DNA of 64,000 bases from Eubacteriales bacterium (GCA_045126855.1 JBGVPG010000032.1:5274-69273), one strand, 5' to 3'; positions 43,468 through 54,968 are shown, numbered from the stretch's first letter. The notes: generated by a model not told the origin, from the sequence alone. A program made the numbers and translations.

Positions 43468-44388
43468 TTAGAATTCAGCGGGATACTTACCCTCTGCAAT
43501 AAGTCTCTTGAAGGCTGCCACAACGTCGGGCTTATCCTCCTTATAGGTAACGCCGTGCCACTGATCGTTGGTCTCAAGCACACGAACGTCAGCCACGCCC
43601 TCGTCGATAAGGGTTGCAACTGCGGTGGGAATAAAGAACTCGCACTTCTCGGGATTCTTCTCAAGGTTCTCGTCAAGGAAGGCTGCAAGACGGCTCTTGC
43701 ACTCGGTGATGAAGCCCTCGTCAAAGCCCCAGAGATTCATGGATACGACGGTGTTAGGCTCAAGGTCATGCTGAACGCCATCGTCGGTATAGAAGATACG
43801 GTTGCCGTCGGTCTCAATACCGGTGGTCTCACGCACGCCTGTAAGATATCCATCCTTGGTAACGCAAACGCCACGGGTAACTGCGCCCTTGTCGGTAACG
43901 GTATTGCAAACACGGTAGCCTACCATACAGTAGTGTGCCTTGCCGTCGTTCTTTGTATTTTTAAGGAAGGAATAGATCTCGGTAAAGGCGTTCTCGCCAT
44001 AATAGTCGTCTGCATTAACAACAGCGAAGGGAGCGTCAACGATTCCCTCGCAGCATGCAATAGCGTGGGCAGTGCCCCAAGGCTTTCTTCTACCATCGGG
44101 AACGCTGTATCCCTCGGGAAGCTTATAAAGTTCCTGGAAAACGTAGGACACGTTGATGTCCTTTCCCTTGGTATGCTGATCCATTATCTGACGGAAATCC
44201 TCCTCGATCTCCTTCTTGATAATGAATACGAAGTCACGGAAGCCTGCCTTCATGGCATCGTAAATAGAATAATCGATAATGATATGGCCTGCATCATCAA
44301 CGGGGTCGATCTGCTTCAGACCGCCGTAACGGCTGCCCATACCTGCGGCAAGAATAACGAGCTTTGGGTTTTTCATAATGTCCTCCAA
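43468..44388 (-). CDS. Sugar-phosphate nucleotidyltransferase
   Basis: 306 aa with N-terminal LAAGMGSRYGGLKQ (G-x-G-x-R NTP-transferase signature). Confidence 0.75.
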   Translation of the reverse strand: MEDIMKNPKLVILAAGMGSRYGGLKQIDPVDDAGHIIIDYSIYDAMKAGFRDFVFIIKKEIEEDFRQIMDQHTKGKDINVSYVFQELYKLPEGYSVPDGRRKPWGTAHAIACCEGIVDAPFAVVNADDYYGENAFTEIYSFLKNTKNDGKAHYCMVGYRVCNTVTDKGAVTRGVCVTKDGYLTGVRETTGIETDGNRIFYTDDGVQHDLEPNTVVSMNLWGFDEGFITECKSRLAAFLDENLEKNPEKCEFFIPTAVATLIDEGVADVRVLETNDQWHGVTYKEDKPDVVAAFKRLIAEGKYPAEF

Positions 44389-44525
44389 AAAAAGTTTTCA
44401 TCTCTATCATTATACACCCAAAAAAATAATTTTGCAAGGGGTTATTTTTTTATTGTGAAAATCTATTGAAAAAACGGGTCGAAAAGTGTATAATATATTC
44501 AAATAAAGGAAAGGAAGTAACTTTT

Positions 44526-45155
44526 ATGAGCAAATTCCAGGTTATTGAGCATCCCTTGATTCAGCACAAGCTGACTATTATGCGTGAGAAGGACACCCCC
44601 ACAAGCGAGTTCAAGCAGCTACTTGACGAGATCTCTATGCTTATGGGCTATGAGATCACAAGAAATCTCCCCACCGAGGAGGTTGAGATCGAAACTCCCA
44701 TCTGCAAAACAAAGCAGAGAAAAATATCCGGCAAGAAGCTTGCAATCGTTCCTATTCTCCGTGCAGGCCTTGGTATGGTTGACGGTCTTCTCCGCCTCGT
44801 ACCCGTAGCAAGAGTCGGTCACATCGGACTTTACCGTGACCCAGAGACTCATCTCCCCGTTGAGTATTACTGCAAGATGCCCGAGGGCCTTGGCGAAAGA
44901 ACGGTTATCATCGTTGACCCTATGCTTGCAACCGGCGGCTCTGCCTCCGACGCTATAACTATGGTTAAAAACAGAGGTGCGAAGCATATCATGCTTATGT
45001 GCCTTGTTGCTGCTCCCGAGGGAGTTAAGAAGGTGCAGGAGACCCACCCCGACGTTGACATTTACGCCGCAGCTCTTGACGAATATCTTAACGACCACGC
45101 CTACATTGTTCCCGGTCTCGGTGACGCAGGTGACAGAATCTTCGGCACCAAGTAA
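44526..45155 (+). CDS. upp: Uracil phosphoribosyltransferase
   Basis: [20 protein letters not shown]... with PRPP motif [14 protein letters not shown] and C-terminus [17 protein letters not shown]. The start at 44526 lies within the longer track ORF. Confidence 0.95.
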   Translation: MSKFQVIEHPLIQHKLTIMREKDTPTSEFKQLLDEISMLMGYEITRNLPTEEVEIETPICKTKQRKISGKKLAIVPILRAGLGMVDGLLRLVPVARVGHIGLYRDPETHLPVEYYCKMPEGLGERTVIIVDPMLATGGSASDAITMVKNRGAKHIMLMCLVAAPEGVKKVQETHPDVDIYAAALDEYLNDHAYIVPGLGDAGDRIFGTK

Positions 45156-46114
45156 TGCGTGAGCTTGTTATTGGCAAAAACGATGCAGGTCAGCGTCTGG
45201 ACAAGTTTATTACGAAGACACTTGACCTGCCTACAAGCCTGCTGTATAAGTCGATACGACTAAAGAAAATAAAGGTAAACCGCAAGCGTGCCGAAAATAA
45301 TCAGGTTCTCCTTGAGGGTGACACTATACAGTGCTTCCTTGCCGAGGAGTTCTTTGAGAAGCGTGCAGACGAGCATTCCTTTGCAAGCATAACTCCGCAT
45401 CTGGACGTTATCTATGAGGATGAGAATATTATGCTCCTGAACAAGCGCCCGGGCGTATCGGTTCACGAGGATGAGGACGGGTCTACAAATACCCTGATAA
45501 CGCACATTCAGGCATACCTCTACCAAAAGGGCGAATATGATCCCGACCGTGAGCAGTCCTTTGCCCCTGCCCTGTGCAACCGCATTGACCGTAACACGGG
45601 AGGCATCGTTATTGCGGCAAAAAATGCCGAGGCTTTGCGCGTCATGAACGAGAAGATCAAAAAACGCGAGATCGACAAGTTTTATCTTGCAGCAGTGCAC
45701 GGAATTCCCAAGCCCGAGGCAGCCACCATCCGAGGCTGGCTTATTAAGGACGACAAAAAGAATATCGTCCGTGTTTACGACAAAAATCCCCCTCGCGGAT
45801 CGAAGGAGATCATCACGAAATATAAGGTTATTGCCAAAGCAAAGGACTCCTCGCTTATCGAGGTTGAGCTGCTCACGGGACGCACCCACCAGATACGTGC
45901 CCATATGGCGTATATCGGTCACCCCCTGATCGGTGACGGCAAGTACGGCGTGAACAAAAACGACCGTCAGAAGGGCTATAAGTATCAGGCGCTGTATTCC
46001 TATAAATTGCGTTTTTCCTTTGATAAAACCGAGCAGACTGCGCTTGACTACCTGAACGGCAAGGAATTCAAGATCCCCAAAAAGGATATTTATTTCACCA
46101 AGGAATATTTTTGA
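45155..46114 (+). CDS. RluA family pseudouridine synthase
   Basis: S4-like N-terminus (RLDKFI), catalytic NRIDRNTGG, and GRTHQIRAHM. The start overlaps the upp stop. Confidence 0.85.
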   Translation: MRELVIGKNDAGQRLDKFITKTLDLPTSLLYKSIRLKKIKVNRKRAENNQVLLEGDTIQCFLAEEFFEKRADEHSFASITPHLDVIYEDENIMLLNKRPGVSVHEDEDGSTNTLITHIQAYLYQKGEYDPDREQSFAPALCNRIDRNTGGIVIAAKNAEALRVMNEKIKKREIDKFYLAAVHGIPKPEAATIRGWLIKDDKKNIVRVYDKNPPRGSKEIITKYKVIAKAKDSSLIEVELLTGRTHQIRAHMAYIGHPLIGDGKYGVNKNDRQKGYKYQALYSYKLRFSFDKTEQTALDYLNGKEFKIPKKDIYFTKEYF

Positions 46115-46122
46115 GATCAATG

Positions 46123-46151
46123 AAAAAGGCACTCATTTGAGTGCCTTTTTT
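46123..46151. terminator. Bidirectional intrinsic terminator
   Basis: AAAAAGGCACTC-attt-GAGTGCCTTTTT. Confidence 0.85.
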
Positions 46152-46156
46152 GTCGT

Positions 46157-46594
46157 TTATTTAGTACCGGTAGACCCGAAGCCGCCAGTACCACGAACGG
46201 TGTCGGAAAGCTCGCCCGACTCCTCAAACTCCGCCTTCAGGAAAGGCACAATGGCAAGCTGGGCAATGCGCTCGCCCTGCTCTACCGTGGCAGGCTTTTC
46301 AGAATGATTGTGAAGTGTCACCATGATCTCACCGCGGTAATCGGCGTCAATTACGCCAACCTTATTTGCAGGGGCAAGACCACGCTTTGCACCCATACTG
46401 CTTCTGGCAAAGACAAGACCGCAGTAGCCCTCGGGAATCTCCACAGATATTCCCGTATGGATAAAGACGGTCTCGTGAGGAAGAATCTCAACCGCACCGT
46501 CGATGAGAGCATAGAGATCTGCCCCTGCAGAATACTCCGAGCCATAGGTGGGGGTGACCGCCCTTTCGTCTAATTTCTTAATTCTGATTTTCAT
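46157..46594 (-). CDS. dut: dUTP diphosphatase
   Basis: Motifs AGADLYA, ARSS, GVIDADYRGE, ERIAQL and RGTGGFGSTG. The start at 46594 (MKIRIKKL) follows a GAGGA RBS. Confidence 0.9.
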   Translation of the reverse strand: MKIRIKKLDERAVTPTYGSEYSAGADLYALIDGAVEILPHETVFIHTGISVEIPEGYCGLVFARSSMGAKRGLAPANKVGVIDADYRGEIMVTLHNHSEKPATVEQGERIAQLAIVPFLKAEFEESGELSDTVRGTGGFGSTGTK

Positions 46595-47123
46595 AAATTC
46601 TGTCCTCAATGCCGAGGAGAACGACTCTTCCCTCGGTTCTTGTTCTGTTCATATCAATAACTCGCTGGTTTTTCGAGCCCCTGAACCGAAGACCGAGAGC
46701 TGCCTCACTCTCCTCAAATCTACCGTCAACAAGCACGTCCAAAAGGGCGAGTATGCCATCGGTATTTTCGGTGCGATTTCTATGGTCGCCCGTCAGCTCT
46801 TCAAGGGTATTTCCTGTGTATAGCCATATTGTTTTTTGAGGAAAACGTGATTTAAATTCGAGCAGAAACGGTAAAAGCTCGGCCTGATTCTCGGGCTCCA
46901 TCGGCTCGCCGCCAAGAATGGTTATGCCCCTTACGGAGGGGTTATTCATCCCCGAGAATATCTCGTTTTCGGCATTTTTATCAAACTCTATGCCGTAGTT
47001 AAAATCCCAGGTTTCGGGCTGAAAGCAGCCCTTACATCTGTTGCGACAGCCGCTGACGAAGAGGCTGACCCGAATGCCCTCGCCGTTGGCAATATCGCAC
47101 TTATTTATTTTTCCGTAATGCAT
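46578..47123 (-). CDS. nrdG: Anaerobic ribonucleoside-triphosphate reductase activating protein
   Basis: [39 protein letters not shown], the class III RNR activase radical-SAM signature. Confidence 0.9.
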   Translation of the reverse strand: MHYGKINKCDIANGEGIRVSLFVSGCRNRCKGCFQPETWDFNYGIEFDKNAENEIFSGMNNPSVRGITILGGEPMEPENQAELLPFLLEFKSRFPQKTIWLYTGNTLEELTGDHRNRTENTDGILALLDVLVDGRFEESEAALGLRFRGSKNQRVIDMNRTRTEGRVVLLGIEDRIYENQN

Positions 47124-49942
47124 AGCTTTTCCCTTAGATACTTGCCCGTGTAGGAGCTTTCGCAGGCGGCAACCTCCTCGGGCGTACCGCAGGCAACCAG
47201 CGTTCCTCCACCGTCACCGCCCTCGGGTCCAAGGTCAATGATATGGTCGGCGGTCTTGATAAGGTCAAGATTATGCTCAATAACCACAACGGTGTTGCCG
47301 CCGTCGGTTATACGCTGAAGTATGCTGATAAGCTTTGCCACGTCCTCGGTGTGCAGACCTGTGGTAGGCTCGTCGAGGATATAGATAGTCTTGCCCGTGG
47401 AGCGCTTTGCAAGCTCGGTGGCAAGCTTCACTCTCTGCGCCTCACCGCCCGAAAGAGTGGTGGAGGACTGACCGATCTTGATGTAGCCAAGACCTACGTC
47501 AAAGAGAGTTCTGAGCTTTCTCTGAAGTGCGGGAAGTCCGTCGAAGAAGTAAAGTCCCTCCTCTACCGACATTTCCAGAACGTCATAGATGCTCTTGCCC
47601 TTGTACTTAACGTCAAGGGTATCTCGGTTATATCTTCTTCCCTTACACACGTCACACTTAACGTAGACGTCGGGCAGGAAGTTCATCTCAATACATTTAA
47701 CGCCGTCGCCCTCGCAGGCCTCACAGCGTCCGCCACGGACGTTAAAGGAAAACCTGCCTGCGTCATAGCCCTTTGCCTTGGCGTCTCTCGTTGATGCAAA
47801 GAGGTTTCTGATATCGGTAAAGAGGCCCGTGTAGGTTGCAGGATTGGATCTGGGCGTTCTGCCGATGGGACTCTGGTCGATGGCAATAACCTTGTCAAGC
47901 TGCTCCATCCCCTCGATCCTGTCCACGTCACCCGGATAGGTCACGGCACGGTTAAGGTCTCTTGCGAGAGTTCTGTAAAGGATAGAGTTGATAAGGCTGG
48001 ATTTTCCGCTTCCGGACACGCCCGTTACGGCGGTAAATGCACCAAGGGGGATGTCCACGTTAATGTTTTTCAGGTTATTTTCACGTGCGCCGATGATGTG
48101 AAGATAATTTCCGTTGCCTGCCCTTCTCTCGGTGGGTACGGGAATGACCTTTCTGCCCGAAAGGTAGTCTGCGGTGACGGAATTTTCGCACTCTGCAACC
48201 TCTTCTGGTGTACCAACTGCAACTATCTCACCACCGTGTATTCCTGCGCCCGGTCCGACGTCAACGATAAAGTCAGCCTCACGCATAGTCTCCTCGTCGT
48301 GCTCAACGACGATAACGCTGTTACCGAGGTCACGCAGACTCTTCAGGGTATTTATAAGCTTGCTGTTGTCACGCTGGTGAAGTCCGATGGAGGGCTCGTC
48401 GAGAATATACAGCACGCCTGTCAGCGCAGAGCCGATCTGGGTGGCAAGACGGATTCGCTGAGACTCTCCGCCCGAAAGCGTACCTGCTGTACGGGCAAGA
48501 TTCAGGTAGTCGAGGCCAACACTTACAAGGAAATTAAGGCGTGCCTTGATCTCCTTCAGGACCTCCTTGGCAATCTTGGCACGGCTCTCGTCGAATTCGA
48601 GAGATTCAACGAAGGCGAGCATTTTATCAATGGAAAGACGGCAGATCTCGTCGATATTCAATCCGCCGACGGTAACGCCGAGGACCATATCCGAAAGTCG
48701 TCTGCCCTTGCACTTAGGACAAGCGACCTCCTCAACGAATTCCTGATAATAGTCACCGCCCTGCATCTTCATTCGCTTTTCGATAATATTCACGATGCCG
48801 TCGAAGGTGGTGTACTGCTCCCTGCCCGTACCTCCGAAATAACGGACAACGCTGTAACGTTTACTGCCCGTACCGTACATCAGGGCATCCATAGCCTCGG
48901 GAGAGAATTCCGAAAGGGGCGTGGAAAGTGTGAAGCCGTAGCTCTTACCCACCTCGGCAAGGAGGGGACCCGTCCAGGAATCCTCGGTCATAGACTTAAA
49001 TCCGTTGACCGCAATACCTCCGTCACGGAGGGATAGATGCTTATGGGGAATAAGCTTTTTCACCGAGATGCGCTGCATATTTCCAATGCCCGAGCATTCG
49101 GGACAAGCACCGAAGGGATTGTTGAAGGAAAACATTCTGGGCTCAAGCTCGGGGAATGAAATGCCGTGCTCCTCGCAGGCATATTTCTGCGAGGACTCAA
49201 GCTCCTCGCCCTCACCGCCGTCACGGTCAACGACGAGGATATTAACTCGTCCGTCGGCAACCTTCAGGGCGGACTCAACCGAGTCGGAAAGACGGGCACG
49301 GACGTCACCCCTAATGACCAGACGGTCGAGAATAATGTCTATATCATGTTTGAGATTTTTGTCAAGATTTATTTCCTCGGAAAGGTCATACATATTGCCG
49401 TCAACACGTACTCTTGCAAATCCGCTCTTACGTGCGTCGGCGAAAATTTTCTCGTGCATACCCTTCTGCCCACGAATAACCGGCGAAAGCACCATGAATC
49501 TGGTTCCTTCGGGAAGTGAGAGAATACGGTCTACGATCTGATCGAGTGACTGCTGACTGATCTCCTTGCCACATACGGGACAGTGAGGAATTCCCACTCT
49601 CGCATAGAGCAGACGGAGATAGTCGTAAATCTCGGTGACTGTACCAACGGTGGAACGAGGGTTCTTTGAGGTGGTCTTCTGGTCAATGGAGATGGCAGGC
49701 GAGAGACCCTCAATAAGGTCGACCTCAGGCTTATCCATCTGTCCGATGAACATTCTGGCGTAGGAGGAAAGGCTCTCGACAAAGCGTCTGTGACCCTCGG
49801 CATAGAGGGTATCAAAGGCAAGAGAGGACTTTCCGCTGCCCGACAGACCCGTCAGAACAACCAGCTTGTCACGTGGAATTGTGACCGAAATATCCTTTAG
49901 GTTATTAACTTTTGCACCTTTTATGATGATGTTTCTTTGCAT
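47105..49942 (-). CDS. uvrA: Excinuclease ABC subunit A
   Basis: 945 aa with two ABC modules ([18 protein letters not shown]), LSGGE signatures and zinc-finger Cys pairs. Confidence 0.97.
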   Translation of the reverse strand: MQRNIIIKGAKVNNLKDISVTIPRDKLVVLTGLSGSGKSSLAFDTLYAEGHRRFVESLSSYARMFIGQMDKPEVDLIEGLSPAISIDQKTTSKNPRSTVGTVTEIYDYLRLLYARVGIPHCPVCGKEISQQSLDQIVDRILSLPEGTRFMVLSPVIRGQKGMHEKIFADARKSGFARVRVDGNMYDLSEEINLDKNLKHDIDIILDRLVIRGDVRARLSDSVESALKVADGRVNILVVDRDGGEGEELESSQKYACEEHGISFPELEPRMFSFNNPFGACPECSGIGNMQRISVKKLIPHKHLSLRDGGIAVNGFKSMTEDSWTGPLLAEVGKSYGFTLSTPLSEFSPEAMDALMYGTGSKRYSVVRYFGGTGREQYTTFDGIVNIIEKRMKMQGGDYYQEFVEEVACPKCKGRRLSDMVLGVTVGGLNIDEICRLSIDKMLAFVESLEFDESRAKIAKEVLKEIKARLNFLVSVGLDYLNLARTAGTLSGGESQRIRLATQIGSALTGVLYILDEPSIGLHQRDNSKLINTLKSLRDLGNSVIVVEHDEETMREADFIVDVGPGAGIHGGEIVAVGTPEEVAECENSVTADYLSGRKVIPVPTERRAGNGNYLHIIGARENNLKNINVDIPLGAFTAVTGVSGSGKSSLINSILYRTLARDLNRAVTYPGDVDRIEGMEQLDKVIAIDQSPIGRTPRSNPATYTGLFTDIRNLFASTRDAKAKGYDAGRFSFNVRGGRCEACEGDGVKCIEMNFLPDVYVKCDVCKGRRYNRDTLDVKYKGKSIYDVLEMSVEEGLYFFDGLPALQRKLRTLFDVGLGYIKIGQSSTTLSGGEAQRVKLATELAKRSTGKTIYILDEPTTGLHTEDVAKLISILQRITDGGNTVVVIEHNLDLIKTADHIIDLGPEGGDGGGTLVACGTPEEVAACESSYTGKYLREKLCITEK

Positions 49943-51897
49943 TATTTTTTCAGTTCCTTAATTCTATCTCTGATATAGGCTGCCTTTTCAAACTCGAGAG
50001 CCTTGGCTGCCTCTCGCATCTCCATAGTCAACTGCTCGATAAGCTTCGCCTTCTGAAGCTTATTCAGCTTCTTCTCGCTCTCGGGCTTCGCCTTTCTGCC
50101 AATCTCAATAACGTCGGCAACAGCCTTTTTAATACTCTCGGGTGTGATGCCGTGCTTCTCGTTATACTCCATCTGTATTCTGCGGCGGCGGTTGGTCTCG
50201 TCGATTGCCGCACGCATGGAGCCGGTAATTCTGTCGGCGTACATTATTACGTGGCCGTTGACGTTTCTTGCAGCACGTCCAATGGTCTGTATCAGCGAGG
50301 TCTCGCTACGGAGGAAGCCCTCCTTATCTGCATCGAGAATAGCCACGAGTGACACCTCGGGAATGTCAAGTCCCTCACGAAGTAGGTTAATGCCCACGAG
50401 GACGTCGAACTCGCCGAGACGGAGGTCACGAATGATCTCCATACGCTCAAGGGTCTCCACCTGGTGGTGGATATATTTTACTTTTATTCCGTGGGTCTGG
50501 AGATACTCGGTAAGGTTCTCCGCCATGGCCTTGGTCATAGTGGTGACGAGCACCTTCTCGCCACGGGCGGTGGTTGCACGTATTTCACCGATAAGATCAT
50601 CCACCTGTCCCTCAATGGGACGGACGAATATCTCGGGGTCAACAAGTCCCGTAGGACGGATAAGCTGCTCGGCTGTCGAGGAGCTTTCCTTTGCCTCATA
50701 AGGGCCTGGGGTTGCGCTGACAAATATAGTCTGCCCGATTTTTTCCTCAAATTCCTCAAAGAACAGAGGTCTGTTATCGAATGCCGAGGGCAAACGGAAG
50801 CCGAAGTCAACGAGGTTTTTCTTACGGGCAAAGTCACCGCCCGACATACCTCTCACCTGAGGGAGGGTCACGTGGCTCTCGTCTATTATCATCAGATAAT
50901 CCCTTGGGAAGTAGTCAAGGAGAGTGTGGGGTGTTGAGCCTGCAGGTCTGCCCGAGAGAACACGCGAATAGTTCTCAACGCCCGAGCAGAAGCCCACCTC
51001 ACGGAGCATTTCAAGGTCGTACTTTGTGCGCTCCTCAATGCGCTGTGCCTCGATGAGCTTATGCTGGGACTTGAAGTACTCTACCCTCTCCACCATCTCA
51101 CGCTCAATCTCCTGAAGAGCTGCCTCACGGCGGTCGTCAGACACGGCGTAGTGTGTTGCAGGGAAAATGGCGGTGTAGGAAAGATGCTCGGTGATCTCGC
51201 CTGTCAGGGGATTGACACGGCTGATGCGGTCGATCTCATCACCGAAAAACTCAATACGAATGGCGCTGTCACGCTTTGAGGCAGGAAAGACCTCAACGGT
51301 GTCGCCACGGACACGGAATTTGTTACGAACGAAATTCACGTCGTTTCTCTCGTAGCTTATAGCCACAAGACGGCGGATAAGCTCCTCACGTGACATCTGC
51401 TGTCCCTCTCGTACAGAGACGAGGAGGCTCTGGTATTCCATAGGGTCACCAAGCGAATAAATACAGGAGACCGAGGAGACTATGATGACGTCTCGCCTCT
51501 CAAAGAGGGCGGAGGTTGCGCTGTGGCGAAGCATATCGATCTCGTCGTTCACCATAGCGTCCTTCTCAATATACACGTCCTTGCCCGGGATATAGGCCTC
51601 GGGCTGGTAGTAGTCATAGTAGGAAACGAAATATTCCACCGCATTCTCGGGGAAAAACGCACGCAGCTCGGTACAAAGCTGGGCAGCCAGAGTCTTGTTG
51701 TGGGCGAGAACTAAGGTGGGTCTGTTAAGGTTGGCAATTACGTTTGCCATAGTGAAGGTCTTACCAGAGCCGGTAACACCGAGAAGTGTCTGTGCCCTCT
51801 CGCCTGCCAGAACGCCCTCTGTCAGCTGTCTTATTGCCTCGGGCTGGTCACCCGTGGGCTTGTAATCGCTTTTCAGCTTAAAGGTTTCGTCAAACAT
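49942..51897 (-). CDS. uvrB: Excinuclease ABC subunit B
   Basis: 651 aa with [13 protein letters not shown], helicase motifs and a C-terminal UVR domain ([16 protein letters not shown]). Confidence 0.97.
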   Translation of the reverse strand: MFDETFKLKSDYKPTGDQPEAIRQLTEGVLAGERAQTLLGVTGSGKTFTMANVIANLNRPTLVLAHNKTLAAQLCTELRAFFPENAVEYFVSYYDYYQPEAYIPGKDVYIEKDAMVNDEIDMLRHSATSALFERRDVIIVSSVSCIYSLGDPMEYQSLLVSVREGQQMSREELIRRLVAISYERNDVNFVRNKFRVRGDTVEVFPASKRDSAIRIEFFGDEIDRISRVNPLTGEITEHLSYTAIFPATHYAVSDDRREAALQEIEREMVERVEYFKSQHKLIEAQRIEERTKYDLEMLREVGFCSGVENYSRVLSGRPAGSTPHTLLDYFPRDYLMIIDESHVTLPQVRGMSGGDFARKKNLVDFGFRLPSAFDNRPLFFEEFEEKIGQTIFVSATPGPYEAKESSSTAEQLIRPTGLVDPEIFVRPIEGQVDDLIGEIRATTARGEKVLVTTMTKAMAENLTEYLQTHGIKVKYIHHQVETLERMEIIRDLRLGEFDVLVGINLLREGLDIPEVSLVAILDADKEGFLRSETSLIQTIGRAARNVNGHVIMYADRITGSMRAAIDETNRRRRIQMEYNEKHGITPESIKKAVADVIEIGRKAKPESEKKLNKLQKAKLIEQLTMEMREAAKALEFEKAAYIRDRIKELKK

Positions 51898-51976
51898 AAT
51901 ATGCCTCCCTTCATATACTTTACCTTATATTTTACCACAAAAATTTTTATATGTAAAGGGAAAGTAAAAAATTAGG

Positions 51977-52005
51977 TTGACAAAATCCGACTTTTGATGT
52001 ACAAT
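51977..52005 (+). promoter_or_regulatory. Consensus promoter (TTGACA-17-TACAAT) for the PsiE-like gene
   Basis: TTGACA at 51977..51982 and TACAAT at 52000..52005. AGGAGA RBS before the ATG at 52037. Confidence 0.6.
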
Positions 52006-52036
52006 ACTGTCAGTAATAAAATTCAGGAGATACAAA

Positions 52037-52441
52037 ATGATTCACAAGATAGAAAAAGTTTTACATTACGTAGTCGAGGTGGTTGAAATTATCATCGCCA
52101 TTATCACTCTTATTGCCATGGGCTATCTTCTCGTTACTGAGGTAATCAGCATGTTCACCGTGGAAGGATATTTCTCTGATCCCACGCATATACTCCACCA
52201 CATTCTTACAATCGTAATCGGACTTGAGTTCGTAAGCATGCTTATCGATCTTACCCCTGCGAACACCATCGAGGTTCTTACCCTCGCAATTGCAAGATAC
52301 GTTATCATCGAGCACACCAATGCGGTGAGCAACATCGTCTGCGTTATCTGCATCGCAGGTCTGTTTGCGATCAAGCGCTTCCTCGTTCCCAAGGACGAGC
52401 TGAAAAAGGTTATCTCCCCCAGCGTAAAACACCACGAATAA
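52037..52441 (+). CDS. Small membrane protein, PsiE-like
   Basis: 134 aa with 4 hydrophobic segments. The pattern IVIGLEFVSMLI...IARYVII resembles phosphate-starvation-inducible PsiE. Assignment tentative. Confidence 0.5.
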   Translation: MIHKIEKVLHYVVEVVEIIIAIITLIAMGYLLVTEVISMFTVEGYFSDPTHILHHILTIVIGLEFVSMLIDLTPANTIEVLTLAIARYVIIEHTNAVSNIVCVICIAGLFAIKRFLVPKDELKKVISPSVKHHE

Positions 52442-52455
52442 ACCGAACGTAATGG

Positions 52456-52487
52456 AAAAAGACACGAGAAAATTCTCGTGTCTTTTT
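52456..52487. terminator. Bidirectional palindromic terminator (AGACACGAGAAAATTCTCGTGTCT core)
   Basis: AAAAAGACACGAGAA/TTCTCGTGTCTTTTT. The core is nearly identical to the terminator at 54932..54968. Confidence 0.85.
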
Positions 52488-52490
52488 ATG

Positions 52491-54872
52491 TTATTCTGTG
52501 CATTTTGCCATTACGGTCTCAGAATCCACTCCATCGGGAACGAAAATGACCTCTACGTCTGCCCACAGATACCTGTAAAGGTAAAGATTTATACTCTCCC
52601 ACTGCTCCTCTGTGCCCTCGAAGAAGATGGTGTGAATTTTCTCATTCATATGGAATGCGTCATTCTTGATCTCTTTAATACTGCCCGGCAACCAGAGAAC
52701 CTGAAGATTTGACGCACCGCTGAAATCGCCGGTATCAATTACCTCACGTCCATCAGGAACCCGAATGGAAAGAAGACCGGGGCTGTACGTGGAGTCAATC
52801 CTAAGTCCTGTTAGATCGTAATCCTCATACAGCTCCTCGGGAAGGATCAGATGCTTAATGCCGCTGTTGTTAGTTCTTACCAGACCGCCCTCTAAAAATT
52901 CGATCTCATAATTGCTATGAGGTCCAAAGACAAGCCTTCTCAGGCAACCGCATCTCTTGCATTTTCCAACCGATGCTTCGGAAGTATTTCCGACGTCAGA
53001 GGTATACTCCACAGAGTACCACTCATTGCTATGCCAAAGCGAGCTGGTCTTATCTGTAAGATACTCTACACCACAAATCTTACACTTCCACTTTTTGTAT
53101 CCACCGGTCAGGCAATCAGCTTTCTTCTCCTCTACCATCTCATACTCGTGGACGATAAAGGTTCCGTTAACGATCTTTGCCTCGTGATATTCGTCAAGGA
53201 GCTTGCCCGGGAAGGTATAAAACTTCGTGATAAATCCTGTTCCATTAGAAGTGCAGAGAATATATGTACCGCAAGCCTCGTCATAATAATAAATCTTCTT
53301 TATGTTTTTGCTTTCTGTCAATGTTCGGTATTTTCTGAAAAGGATTTCTATAGCCTCGGCATCATTGAGTGCAACTGTGTAATTGCTTATGGGAAGACCG
53401 TCCTCGGAAAGGTGAATCTTCTTACCAAGAGCTGTCCAGAGGCTCTTGTCTATACCTGCAAAATTGATGCCGGCAATAATAGCGTCCAGTCGCTCCTCTG
53501 TAATATCAAGGAAGTTCTCGCCCTCGGGCATGGTAAGCTGCTTACCTGCCTTGTCAAGCTTCGTGTAGAAGCTTATGAGATCGGTAAGGCTAACGTCCTC
53601 GTCAACGTACTTATCAATGGAGAAGAAGTAACCGCCACGATTCTTGTAGAAGCCTGCCTTACCCTCCATAAGCATGTCGGGATCCTCGGCGTCCTCGGAG
53701 GAATAGTACTCAAGGCGGTAGTCACCGTCCTTTGTGTAATGCTCAAGAGTAAAATAGAACATTTCCTCCTCACCCTCATGAGGCTTCGAGGTAAAGGTCA
53801 GGGTGGTATTTGTCTTTCCCTTCTCCTCTGTCCTGACGTACTCAAGAGAGGCGCTGTCGGTCACGCGGTTATGAGAGGGACCCGTGGTGGTCTCCATAGT
53901 AAGAGTCAGGGTGTCCTTATTCTTTTCGGTGGTGATCTGAAGGTCATACTCAATATTTTCAATATTGTTGACCTTATTGTGCTCTACGCTCAAATGAGCG
54001 CTTCTCAGCATATTCTTTTCCACCGTATATGTAAGCTCAAAGGTGTAGCCCTTAACCGACTCGTTAAACTGCTTTTTAATTTTGTCAAGTGCCTCGTCGT
54101 CAAGAGAAAGCCTTTCCTTGAGCTTCCCGTCACCCTTTAACTCGTCAACTGCGATCTCAACAAGCTTTTTCAGGGTCTCCTCTTCAAGAGTTATTGCAAC
54201 GGTGTTTTTATCTACAATAACGGTTTTCTGCTTAATTTGGTCTTTAATCTTAGGCAGAAGGCGGTTGTAGAACTCTCGAAGCTCCTCTGTGGCGTCATCA
54301 TCGTCGCCCTCAAGCGCCGATTTGATCTGATTATAAGCATCCTCGCTCATAGCGAATTTCGAGTCACTTGTTGGGGCGAAAATCGAGCCTTCCAGCTCCT
54401 CTAGGATATTGTCCAGAGGCATATAGAGACAGAACTGCTTTTGGTCCTTGTCGTAGCCGATAACGTAGAGCTTTCCGTCGGCGTAGGCAATTCCTCCACC
54501 GTGCTCGTTTTCATCAACCTTAATGAGATAATCCATTCTCTCCTTCAGGTCGTCTCCATCGCCGTATCCAAGGGCCTCCATCTGTATGGAAACGTCGGAC
54601 GTGCGGTTAGCCTCCTCGCCATCAAGCTTGAAATCAATTCTCGACCTGTAACCGTTCTCCGCCAGCTTCTCGCCTATGCGCAAAAGCTCATCGGTGTCGA
54701 TGAAAAGCTCATTTACGGTGTTCACGAGGAAGTGGGTACTGCCTGCACCCCAGGGGATCAGCAGACAGCCTGCCACAACCAGGCATACGCCCACAAATGA
54801 GGCAAGGCTGATGATTACGATCTTCTTGTGCAGCTTCACAAAACCGACAATAGTGTTAAATAGATTTTTCAT
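52491..54872 (-). CDS. Large hypothetical membrane-anchored protein with a C4 Cys cluster and one C-terminal BspA-type LRR unit
   Basis: 793 aa with an N-terminal TM (IVIISLASFVGVCLVVAGCLLI), CKICG...CKRCGC, and a C-terminal ASNLQVLWLPGSIKEIKNDAF. Confidence 0.7.
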   Translation of the reverse strand: MKNLFNTIVGFVKLHKKIVIISLASFVGVCLVVAGCLLIPWGAGSTHFLVNTVNELFIDTDELLRIGEKLAENGYRSRIDFKLDGEEANRTSDVSIQMEALGYGDGDDLKERMDYLIKVDENEHGGGIAYADGKLYVIGYDKDQKQFCLYMPLDNILEELEGSIFAPTSDSKFAMSEDAYNQIKSALEGDDDDATEELREFYNRLLPKIKDQIKQKTVIVDKNTVAITLEEETLKKLVEIAVDELKGDGKLKERLSLDDEALDKIKKQFNESVKGYTFELTYTVEKNMLRSAHLSVEHNKVNNIENIEYDLQITTEKNKDTLTLTMETTTGPSHNRVTDSASLEYVRTEEKGKTNTTLTFTSKPHEGEEEMFYFTLEHYTKDGDYRLEYYSSEDAEDPDMLMEGKAGFYKNRGGYFFSIDKYVDEDVSLTDLISFYTKLDKAGKQLTMPEGENFLDITEERLDAIIAGINFAGIDKSLWTALGKKIHLSEDGLPISNYTVALNDAEAIEILFRKYRTLTESKNIKKIYYYDEACGTYILCTSNGTGFITKFYTFPGKLLDEYHEAKIVNGTFIVHEYEMVEEKKADCLTGGYKKWKCKICGVEYLTDKTSSLWHSNEWYSVEYTSDVGNTSEASVGKCKRCGCLRRLVFGPHSNYEIEFLEGGLVRTNNSGIKHLILPEELYEDYDLTGLRIDSTYSPGLLSIRVPDGREVIDTGDFSGASNLQVLWLPGSIKEIKNDAFHMNEKIHTIFFEGTEEQWESINLYLYRYLWADVEVIFVPDGVDSETVMAKCTE

Positions 54873-54931
54873 AATAGTCTTACCTCCTTTTTCTTACTTT
54901 CATTATATCGCATATACAGTCACTTGTCAAG

Positions 54932-54968
54932 AAAAAAAGACACGAGAAAATTTTCTCGTGTCTTTTTT
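54932..54968. terminator. Palindromic terminator downstream of yebC (AGACACGAGAAAATTTTCTCGTGTCT core)
   Basis: Perfect 13-bp arms at 54938..54950 and 54951..54963, flanked by A and T runs. Confidence 0.85.
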
